From Macrostomum lignano (taxonomy: Eukaryota): a DNA stretch of 64,000 nt. The translations under genes and the position numbers were made by a program. The stretch spans positions 485,257 through 549,256 of the forward strand of contig NIVC01000532.1 in assembly GCA_002269645.1 (NCBI GenBank), in the 5' to 3' direction. Of this stretch, positions 1 through 12,000 are shown in pieces. Numbering within the stretch: the stretch's first letter is position 1; each line of letters opens with the position of its first letter. The notes beneath the pieces are model-generated. The model was given only the letters and a program-made list of their open reading frames with translations. It was not told the origin of the DNA and ran no database searches.

Positions 1-140
1 ACAATCTACTAAATATAGCAATCAAGGCTTAGATTAGTTGATTACATATTTGATTATGATTATATCATAATAAGTTTATGCTGAAACCTGCTTTTGACTA
101 TTTTGCATGGCAGTCACATAGTTAATTAGGATGACACGCG

Positions 141-3100
141 ATGTCGTTCCGCTTCATAGGCAGTTACCACGTAGCCAGGACTGAGGCGGCCAGCCGTCAG
201 GAGCCAGCTAATCAGGTCAGGTGTATCGTCATCTTTCTGGACGATACGCACACTTCGTTCGATGTTGATGTGAGCACTTATTTTTAATGTCTTGATTAAG
301 TTAAGTGAATCCTAATTGAAAAGTTCATCCGTAGTCTTTCATACAGATTAAAAATGTACTTATCTTCATCGAAAAGTACTTTTATGGATACAAACTCTTA
401 AATTGAAATGTAATTTTTAAACATAATATCGAATATTTATGTTGAAAGTAATTCGATAGTTTTTAGAATATTGGTTATTTAAAAGTACTTTTATGAATTC
501 TAAGTCTAGATTGAATGTACTTTAACAGTACCTGAAGTCTTGATAAAATGTACTTTTGGTAGCGTGAAGTCTAAATTCGAAAGTCACTTTTTGTAATCTT
601 GATGTAATTAAACGCCCAGAAATATGGATTATTATTATTTATCATATGCTATATTGAACCTCTGCAAAATGCTTTCAGAGAAAATGCAAAGGCCAAGCTT
701 TATTGGACTCCGTATTCGAATATCTGGAATTGCTTGAACGCGACTATTTTGGCTTAGAGTTTCAGGATGAACCAAATTCTAAGGTGAGGTGGCTTTTTGC
801 TCATCTTTTAAAAGCTTATATCTCAAGCTTTTCAATATTATTTAGAATTATTTATCTTATTGTTCCACTTTTTACAGCACTGGTTGGACCCGACCAAGCC
901 GCTGCGAAAGCAGTTGAAACATGGTGCGTTTGTATTTTGATTTTTTTTGTACTTTTGCGTGATGGGATCTATCGGCATTCTGCATTCAGCTGGGGTGAAT
1001 TCAAATCCACTATGATATCCCAAATAGGGATCAATGCAAATCCCCAGTTGGGATCAGGGATCACTGAAAATCCCAAGTCGGGATCAGGGATCAGTAAGAA
1101 TTCCCAGTTGGGATCAGGGATCAGTAAGAATCCCCAGTTGGGATCAGGGATCAGTAAGAATTCCCAGTTGGGATCAGGGATCAGTAAGAATACCCAGTTG
1201 GGATCAGGGATCAGTAAGAATCCCCAGTTGGGATCAGGGATCAGTAAGAATCCCCAGTTGGGATCAGGGATCAGTAAGAATTCCCAGTTGGGATCAGGGA
1301 TCAGTAAGAATACCCAGTTGGGATCAGGGATCAGTAAGAATCCCCAGTTGGGATCAGGGATCAGTAAGAATTCCCAGTTGGGATCAGGGATCAGTAAGAA
1401 TCCCCAGTTGGGATCAGGGATCAGTAAGAATTCCCAGTTGGGATCAGGGATCAGTAAGAATACCCAGTTGGGATCAGGGATCAGTAAGAATCCCCAGTTG
1501 GGATCAGGGATCAGTAAGAATTCCCAGTTGGGATCAGGGATCAGTAAGAATCCCCAGTTGGGATCAGGGATCAGTAAGAATTCCCAGTTGGGATCAGGGA
1601 TCAGTAAGAATACCCAGTTGGGATCAGGGATCAGTAAGAATCCCCAGTTGGGATCAGGGATCAGTAAGAATTCCCAGTTGGGATCAGGGATCAGTGAGAA
1701 TCCCCTGTTGGGATCAGGGATCGATGAGAATCCCCTGTTGGGATCAGGGATCAGTAAAAATCCCCAGTTGGGATCAGATTCAGTAAGAATTCCCAGTTGG
1801 GATCAGGGATCGATGAGAATCCCCTGTTGGGATCAGGGATCAGTAAGAATTCCCAGTTGGGATCAGGGATCAGTAAGAATCCCCAGTTGGGATCAGGGAT
1901 CAGTAAGAATTCCCAGTTGGGATCAGGGATCGATGAGAATCCCCTGTTGGGATCAGGGATCGATGAGAATCCCCTGTTGGGATCAGGGATCGATGAGAAT
2001 CCCCTGTTGGGATCAGGGATCGATGAGAATCCCCTGTTGGGATCAGGGATCGATGAGAATCCCCTGTTGGGATCAGGGATCAGTAAGAATTCCCAGTTGG
2101 GATCAGGGATCAGTAAGAATCCCCAGTTGGGATCAGGGATCAGTAAGAATCCCCAGTTGGGATCAGGGATCAGTAAGAATTCCCAGTTGGGATCAGGGAT
2201 CAGTAAGAATCCCCAGTTGGGATCAGGGATCAGTAAGAATCCCCAGTTGGGATCAGGGATCAGTAAGAATTCCCAGTTGGGATCAGGGATCAGTAAGAAT
2301 TCCCAGTTGGGATCAGGGATCAGTGAGAATCCCCTGTTGGGATCAGGGATCGATGAGAATCCCCTGTTGGGATCAGGGATCAGTAAAAATCCCCAGTTGG
2401 GATCAGATTCAGTAAGAATTCCCAGTTGGGATCAGGGATCGATGAGAATCCCCTGTTGGGATCAGGGATCAGTAAGAATTCCCAGTTGGGATCAGGGATC
2501 AGTAAGAATCCCCAGTTGGGATCAGGGATCAGTAAGAATTCCCAGTTGGGATCAGGGATCGATGAGAATCCCCTGTTGGGATCAGGGATCAGTAAGAATT
2601 CCCAGTTGGGATCAGGGATCAGTAAGAATCCCCAGTTGGGATCAGGGATCAGTAAGAATCCCCAGTTGGGATCAGGGATCAGTAAGAATTCCCAGTTGGG
2701 ATCAGGGATCGATGAGAATCCCCTGTTGGGATCAGGGATCAGTAAAAATCCCCAATTGGGATCAGGGATCAGTAAGAATTCCCCAGTTGGGATCAGTCAC
2801 AACTAACTAAATCCCATTGACATTGCAGTGCCGCCGCCCTACAACTTTCACTTCGGCGTGAAGTTCTACGCCTCGGACCCGTCGCGCTTACAGGAGGAGT
2901 ACACTCGCTATCATTTTTTCCTACAGTTGAAAAAGGACCTACTCTCGGTCGGTTGCTATGCCCCTACGATACGGCCGTACTGCTAGCCAGCTACGCTCTG
3001 CAGTCAGAATTAGGCGATTACAATGCCGAGCAGCACAGAGATGGTTACGTTGGCGATTTTAGATTCTTGCCCAATCAGACGCCTGCGTTTGAGAAAGATG

Positions 3101-6100
3101 TAGCCCTGTTGCATCAGAAGCACAGGTAAAGAGTGATGAATTTCAGCATTTTTGTATTGTAAATCAGAACTGTCATGCTCGAAGCTGCTTCAACTTGTTT
3201 AAATAATATTTTTATAGTTGCTGCAGTCAAAACGTGACTAGATAAATCGAATTATTTGTAAATTGAATAATCGTAATTGCCATGTGAAAGAAATGGCTTT
3301 TCAAAGTTCGCATAATAATTCTACAATTCTATGTTTATTTCTAATTCCCGTTTCATCAATATTCTGATCCCCATTTCTTAATTCTTATCCACATATCCCG
3401 ATTCTGATCCCCGTTTCCTGATTCTGCTCCCCATTTCCCGATTCTGATCCCCATATCCAAATTCTGATCCCCATATCCTGATTCTAATCCCCATTTCCCG
3501 ATTCTGATCCCCATTTCCCGATTCTAATCCCCACTTCCCGACTCTGATCCCCATTTCCGATTCTGATCCCTATTCCCGATTCTGATCCCCACTCCCGATT
3601 CTGATCCTTATCTCAGAATTCTGATCCCCAATTCCTTGATTCGGATCTCCATTTCCAGACTCTGATCCCCATTTCTAGACTCAAATCCGAAATGCCATTC
3701 TTTAATTTTTTGTCATGTTCGAAGCTGCTGCAAAATCCTTTGCCATCAAAGGCATAGCATAAGTGCTTGCAGCAGTCATAACGTGACTATATTAAGTTCT
3801 AATAAACAGGATTTTATAACCACAATTTATCGCATGAATTTTCTCCATGGATATAAAAAAATCAGTATGGTTATAATATTCTACAGAAAACGCTGTCATT
3901 TTTATTAAAAGTAGTATAATCAAAACTATATTAGACATTAAATTTAAACCGTCTTTCACCAAAAAATATAATTTTACAGAAGCCTCACGCCAGCTTGTGC
4001 CGAGTTGAGCTTCCTACACACCGCCAGGCAGTTGGAGCACTACGGCTGCTTCCTGTTTCCTGTCACTGTGAGTTTCATTCTGTCATGACCCCTATATATC
4101 GGTTCTGTTCTCCATGTTCTGATCCTCATCTCAGTGCTCTGATCCCCATCTCAGTGTTCTGATCCTCATCTCAGTGCTCTGATCCCCATCTCAGTTTTCT
4201 GATCCCCATCTCAGTGTTCTGATCCATATCTCAGTGTTCTGATCCCCACTTCAGTGTTCTGATCTCCATCTCAGTGCTCTGATCCCCATCTCAGTGTTCT
4301 GATCCCATCTCAGTGCTCTGATCCCCATCTCAGTGTTCTGCTCCCCATCTCAGTGTTCTGATCCCCATCTCAGTGTTCTGATCCCCATCTCAGTGTTCTT
4401 ATCCCATCTCAGTGCTCTGATCCTCATCTCAGTGCTCTGATCCCAGTGGTGTGATTCAGGCGCGAATTCGCGCCAGGCGCGAAAATGGCGCGAATGCGCG
4501 AATCCTGGGGGTCTGGCGCGAAATTTTGTGGAACCATGGGCGCGAAAATTGCATTCTTATTTTCTGCTTTTTACACTTATTCTCTTGTCAGACAGTATGA
4601 AATACAAGAATGTCATAGCTTAGGAGATTAATCTCGAGAATTTCGAGATTCGTGGAGAATTTCGTGGTCGCAAAGAAGCAAAGTGACACTGAAGATGTGG
4701 CTGCTACGTCTGCAAGGGCGGCAGAGATCAGATGTGTGTGTTGTCAGGATTGCACTGAAGAATCGCAGCTTCGAATCAGAAGAGGACCTTTGCCGAGGAT
4801 CTGATGGCCATTTGCCCAGATTCAAAGATTCCACCCAACATCGCCAACAAGAAGTTCAGGCGGGACACGGCTGGGACTTGAGAGACATGCTAATTGGTAG
4901 CCAGACGCATCTTCAAAAGTGTCATCAATTGACTTATTTGGCTGTCAGTAGAATATCATTGGCATGGCGCGAAAATTTTCAGTCGGCGCGAAATTTGGCA
5001 AACTTTCCAATCACACCACTGTCTGATCCTCATCTCAGTGCTCTGATCCTCATCTCAGTGCTCTGATCCTCATCTCAGTGTTCAGATCCCCATCTCAGTG
5101 CTCTGATCCCCATCTCAGTGCCCCATCTCAGTGTTCTGATCCCCATCTCAGTGCTCTAATCTCCATCTCAGTGTTCTGATCCCCATCTCAGTGTTCTGAT
5201 CCCCATCTCAGTGTTCTGATCTCCATCTCAGTGCTCTGATCCCCACTTCAGTGTTCTGATCCCCATCTCAGTGCTCTGATCCCCATCTCAGTGCTCTGAT
5301 CCCCACCTCAGTGTTCTGATCCCCATCTCAGTGCCCCATCTCAGTGTTCTGATCCCCATCTCAGTGCCCCATCTCAGTGTTCTGATCCCCATCTCAGTGC
5401 TCTAATCTCCATCTCAGTGCTCTGATCCTCATCTCAGTGCTCTGATCCCCATCTCAGTGCTCTGATCCCCATCTCAGTGCTCTGATCCTCATCTCAGTGC
5501 TCTGATCCCCATCTCAGTGCTCTGATCCCCATCTCAGTGCTCTGATCCTCATCTCAGTGCTCTGATCCCCACTTCAGTGTTCTGATCCCCATCTCAGTGC
5601 TCTGATCCCCATCTCAGTGCTCTGATCCCCACCTCAGTGTTCTGATCCCCATCTCAGTGCCCCATCTCAGTGTTCTGATCCCCATCTCAGTGCCCCATCT
5701 CAGTGTTCTGATCCCCATCTCAGTGCTCTAATCTCCATCTCAGTGCTCTGATCCTCATCTCAGTGCTCTGATCCCCATCTCAGTGCTCTGATCCCCATCT
5801 CAGTGCTCTGATCCTCATCTCAGTGCTCTGATCCTCATCTCAGTGCTCTGATCCTCATCTCAGTGCTCTGATCCCCATCTCAGCATTCTGCTCTCTTAAC
5901 TTAGTCCTTGCCGAAAAAAACTGGGATTTGCTAACAATTTCCTAATCCTCCCCCGTCGCCATGGCAACGCCGCAGGACGCCGAGAAGACGGAGATGCAAG
6001 TAGGCGTAAACGCCTCCGGCGTGGCTGTGTTCCGCGGGCCGCAACGCCTTCACTTGTACTCTTGGCTCAGCCTATTGAAAATCAGTTTCAAACGGAAGAA

Positions 6101-6930
6101 TTTCCTGCTATCAGTTCGAGACTCTACCGGAGCGACCCAGACTCTGACTTTCAGCCTGGCGAGCAGCCGGGCATGCAAGTGGCTTTGGCAAACCTGCGTA
6201 GAGCATCACGCATTCTTTCGATTGCACCGGCCGCCGCCGCCGCAACAATCCGGCGCCATCATGGGCCTTGTTGGCGGCTCAAAATTTCGCTACTCCGGTC
6301 GAACCGAGCATCAAGCTGCCGAAGAATTGAAACGCCGGCCTAGGCTAGAGCGGTCCTTCACTAGGACGCCTTCGTCCAGGAGAACTCTGCAGAGGCCGCC
6401 TGGCTATCATTCTAGAACAGCGTCCAATGGTCGGCTAATTAATGACGACGGCGCCAGCACCAGCGACGGCGGCTTTCTGCCGTCTAGGAGTGCCTATTCT
6501 TATGCGACTATGCCGAGGAACAGAGGCGGCGGCGCCTCTGGCGGTGGAGGAGCCGCGATAGCGTTGAAATCTCAGCCTCCGCCTCATCAGCAGCATCGTC
6601 CCGGATTTCGATCGTCGGCTAGACAATTATCCACGTCTGTGGCGGCGGCCGCGGCGGCGCCGGCTTCGGCGGCTGTACAACCGCCTTCATTTAGCAGGCA
6701 GGGCAGCCTGATGCAGCAGCCGCAGGCGGCTCTGGGCCAGCACAGGTCCAGCGTTAGCACGGCCGCTGGCGTCAGCAGCAGCGCCGGCCCCGCTTCCATC
6801 ACGTTTGGCCGTTCGGCCGCTTCGTCCATTGCTAAGGAGGTGAGCAGCTGCTGCATTAGGTCTGATTGATGATTGATTGATTGATTGATTGATTGATTAA
6901 TTGATTGACTTTTTGATTGATTGATTGGTG

Positions 6931-6999
<69 letters not shown>

Positions 7000-7341
7000 G
7001 GGGATTGATTGACTTCTTGATTGATTGATTAATAATTGATTGACTTCTTAGTTGATTCATTGATTCGTGGATTGATTGACTTTTTGATTGATTGATTGAT
7101 TGATTGATTCATGGATTGATTAATTGATTGACTTCTTAGTTGATTCATCGATTCGTGGATTGATTGACTTTTTGATTGATTGATTGACTTTTTGATTGAT
7201 TGATTGATTGATTGATTAATTGATTGATTGATTGATTAATTTATTGATTGATTGATTGATTGGGGGATTGATTGACTTCTTGATTGATTGATTAATTGAT
7301 TGACTTCTTAGTTGATTCATTGATTCGTGGATTAATTGACT

Positions 7342-7387
<46 letters not shown>

Positions 7388-7547
7388 CTTCGCGATTGAT
7401 TGACTTCTTGTTTTATTGATTAATTGATTGACTTCATGATTAATTGATTAATTAATTGACTTCTGGATTGACTGATTATTTGACTTCTTGATTGATTGAT
7501 TAGTGGATTGATTGACTTCTTGATTGATTAGTGGATTGATTGACTTC

Positions 7548-7583
<36 letters not shown>

Positions 7584-7789
7584 CTTCTTGATTGATTGAT
7601 TAATTGATTGACTTCTTGATTGATCGATAAATTCACTTCTTGGTTGATTGATTGATTTATTAATTGATTGATTGATTGATTGATTAATTTATTGATTGAT
7701 TAATTGATTGGGGGATTGATTGACTTCTTGATTGATTGATTAATTGATTGACTTCTTAGTTGATTCATTGATTCGTGGATTGATTGACT

Positions 7790-7851
<62 letters not shown>

Positions 7852-7983
7852 CTTCGCGATTGATTGACTTCTTGTTTTATTGATTAATTGATTGACTTCA
7901 TGATTAATTGATTAATTAATTGACTTCTGGATTGACTGATTATTTGACTTCTTGATTGATTGATTAGTGGATTGATTGACTTC

Positions 7984-8015
<32 letters not shown>

Positions 8016-8589
8016 CTTCTTGATTGATTGATTAATTGATTGACTTCTTGATTGATCGATAAATTCACTTCTTGACTGATTGATTGATTAATTGATTCCG
8101 ATTTGAGTATCAACTGCGAAATCCTTTAAAAGCATTTATTTACAGTCCATGCTCACGACAATTTCCAAATATGGCCTTCGCCAATCAGAGCAGGGCGCCA
8201 ATCTTTTTCCGCAAGATTCCAGCGATTCCGGAAAAATTCTAATTTTGTCAATTGTCGATTAGGGCTTTTTCGTTAACTAATTTTTTTCTTTCAGTCCGTC
8301 TCCCCCTGACCCACGGCTTTCACATTTGCCATATTTGAAAATGATTTTGCCTATTCCTTTTCAGCTCCTCCTCTCTCTTTTTGTCGCCCTCCGGGCTTTC
8401 TTTGATCCTTTGCCTGCGCTGCACTAAGTCCCCGTAATTATAAGAGGAGACTCGAATCCTGCGCGTGTGTGATTTTCTCTGCAAACACACCTGTCGAGCA
8501 GCTGTCTGGTTATGCTGCTGGCTAGTTCCGTGGCTACAGTAGGGGTCTGTCAGCTTTTTTGCTCGCTTGCTGTGCAGCATAGAGACACG

Positions 8590-8633
<44 letters not shown>

Positions 8634-8684
8634 CTATGACAGACGGAAAAACAGACAGATGGACAGGCAGACAGACAGACACGC

Positions 8685-8743
<59 letters not shown>

Positions 8744-8906
8744 TCGACAGACAGACAGACAGACCGACAAACAGGCAGACAGAGACTGACAGACAGACAG
8801 ACACTCAGACAGACAGACAGACAAACAGGCAGACAGACAGACAGACACTATGACTGACGGAAAAACAGACAGATAGACAGGCAGACAGACAGACAGACAG
8901 ACACGC

Positions 8907-8941
<35 letters not shown>

Positions 8942-9000
8942 TCGACAGACAGACAGACCGACAAACAGGCAGACAGAGACTGACAGACAGACAGACACTC

Positions 9001-9041
<41 letters not shown>

Positions 9042-12000
9042 CTCAGACAGACAGACACTCAGACAGACAGACAGACAAACAGAAAGTCAGACAGAGAGAC
9101 AGACAGACAGACAGACACTCAGACAGACAGACAGACAGACAGACAGAAAGTCAGACAGAGAGACAGACAGACAAACAGGCAGACAGACAGACACACAGAC
9201 AGACAGAAAGTCAGACAGACAGACAGACACTAAGACACACAGACAGACAGAAAGTCAGACAGACACTAAGACACACAGACACACAGACAGACAGACAGAA
9301 AGTCAGACATACATAAAGATGACACAAAGACACAGGTTTAACCGCTAGCATTCAGGTGGCTCATAGCATTCACTTACTAAGTGGAAAGTAAAAAATGTAA
9401 CAATTTAAATGAGCGCAGCAATCAAGCTATTATAACAGAGGCTCCGTGTTTCTGCCTCGCCATTTCTTACTTGGCCAATCCTAGCCGTGATTGGGCTGCA
9501 GAAACATCGCCAATGGGGATGGACAACAGCTAAACTGATATCTTTTGTCTCCTCTTTCCTCTCTCCTCTCTCACTGCTTAGCAAAACAGTCATTTTTACA
9601 TTGCTCTTATGCTCTGCCAACTCTTCTCCATCATGCCTTTTCTGTCTATGGAAGCTGCTGAGGCTCTGGGTCTGGTCACCATATTGTACATCCGCGTGAG
9701 TTACCTTATTAGGTATATTTTTAGGAATTTATTAGTCAACAAAATATATGCTTCAATCCTATCATTCAGTGCACCATACAGTGTATATCTTTACTTTACA
9801 GCATTACTCAAAAACTACAGAATTATCCCAAATCTCATTTTTCCCAAAACTACATAATCATCACAAATCATATTTATCCCAAGGCTATACAATTATCCCC
9901 ATTATCCCAAATCCCATTTATCCCAAAACTAGCGAATTATCCCAAATCCCATTTATCCCAAAACTACGGAATCATCCCAAACCCTGTTTATCCCAAAGCT
10001 ACACAATTATTCCAAATCCCATTTATCCCAAAACTACATAGTCATCCCAAATCCCATTTATCCCAAAACTACGGAATCATCCCAAACCCTGTTTATCCCA
10101 AAGCTACACAATTATTCCAAATCCCATTTATCCCGAAACTACATAAACATCCAAAATCCCAATCACATCCAAAATTTTCCCCATACCATTTTCGCAGCCG
10201 CCCGGACTGCAAGACGCCGGACAGCATCTGAGCGCCATCAACTACGCCGAGAGTCTGGTAACCATCCGCATTAAGCCGGACGAATCTGGTAGATTTGGAT
10301 TCAATGTTAAAGGCGGTTACGACCAGGGCTTGCCTATTCTGGTTTCCAAGGTGGCGCCCAATATGCCTGCCGACATAAGCATCCCTCGGCTGCACGAAGG
10401 CGATCAGGTGACTACTTTAAGACTTTTAAAAAGTAGTGCCATCTTGAAATCGAAGTAGTGCCATTTTGAAATCAAAGTAGTGCCATTTTGAAATCAAAGT
10501 AGTGCCATTTTGAAATCAAAAGTAGTGCTATTTTGAAATCAAAAGTAGTGCCATTTTGAAATCAAAGTAGTGCCATTTTGAAATCAAAGTAGTGCCATTT
10601 TGAAATCAAAGTAGTGCCATTTTGAAATCAAAAGTAGTGCTATTTTGAAATCAAAAGTAGTGCTATTTTGAAATCAAAGTAGTGCCATTTTGAAATCAAA
10701 GTAGTGCCATTTTGAAATCAAAGTAGTGCCATTTTGAAATCAAAGTAGTGCCATTTTGAAATCAAAAGTAGTGCCGTTTTGAAATCAAAGTAGTGCCATT
10801 TTGAAATCAAAGTAGTGCCATTTTGAAATCAAAGTAGTGCCATTTTGAAATCAAAGTAGTGCCATTTTGAAATCAAAGTAGTGCCATTTTGAAATCAAAG
10901 AAGTGCCATTTTGAAATCAAAGTAGTGCCATTTTGAAATCAAAGTAGTGCCATTTTGAAGTTATAAAGTTATAATAATTTTCAAATCAACCCCAGGTGCT
11001 GTACATCAACGGCCGGGACATGGGCACGCACACGCACGAGCAAGCTGTACAGTTCATTAAAGCGGCCGCCGAGAAGCACTCTGGCGAGCTGGTGCTGGTT
11101 GTGCGCCCGGCCATGTACACAGACGATGGCGTTGGCGGCGAGGAGACTGAGATCGGAGTTGGCAGGGCCGCCCAGCAACAGCAGCAGCAGAAGCAGATTC
11201 GAGCAGCGGCATCGCTGGACGAGTTGAGTAATTCCGGACAGCAGAGTGCCGTCTCCACTCTCCGGAGTAGCGTCCGTCATCAAGCCCCCACGATCCCCCA
11301 GCAGCCAGCTGCGATGCAGCACCTGCTGCAGCAACAGCAGCAACAGCAGCAACAACTGCAGCTGAAGCAGCCGCAGACTTTAGCCGAGTCCATGCAACAA
11401 CTCGACGAATCGCTGCGCAATGGCACCGCTCTCGTGCAGTTTGAGCATCTGTATCGGAGAAAGCCCGGCCTGAGTATGACTGCGGCTAGGCAGCCTGAGA
11501 ATGTGGTGAAGAACCGGTATCGGACATCAGCCCGTGTGAGTTGCTGGTGTCTGTGTTACTGCTGGCTTTGTCTAGGGTCTTGGTTCTGTGCTACTGCTGG
11601 CTTTGTCTAGGGTCTTGGTTCTGTGCTACTGCTGGCTTTGTCTAGGGTCTTGGTTCTGTGTTACTGCTGGCTTTGTCTAGGGTCTTGGTTCTGTGTTACT
11701 GCTGGCTTTGTCTAGGGTCTTGGTTCTGTGTTACTGCTGGCTTTGTCTAGGGTCTTGGTTCTGTGTTACTGCTGGTTTTATCTAGGGTCTTGGTTCTGTG
11801 TTACTGCTGGCTTTATCTAGGGTCTTGGTTCTGTGCTACTGCTGGCTTTGTCTAGGGTCTTGGTTCTGTGTTACTGCTGGCTTTGTCTAGGGTCTTGGTT
11901 CTGTGTGTCTGCGGGTCTGTCTGTCTGCGGGTCTCTACTGTCTGTCTGTCTGTCTGCGGGTCTCTACTGTCTGTCTGTCTGTCTGTCTGCGGGTCTCTAC

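Noticed and set aside
703-2810. 570-, 337- and 250-aa ORFs with [10 protein letters not shown] / [10 protein letters not shown] repeats
   Set aside because: Read-through of a 30-bp intronic satellite whose unit is a multiple of 3. Only 679-783 is real coding sequence, bounded by splice sites.
8146-8560. Unique-sequence island in PTP intron 6 with acceptor-like sites at 8145 and 8294
   Set aside because: No in-frame exon with a donor could be built; exon 6 joins exon 7 in phase without it.
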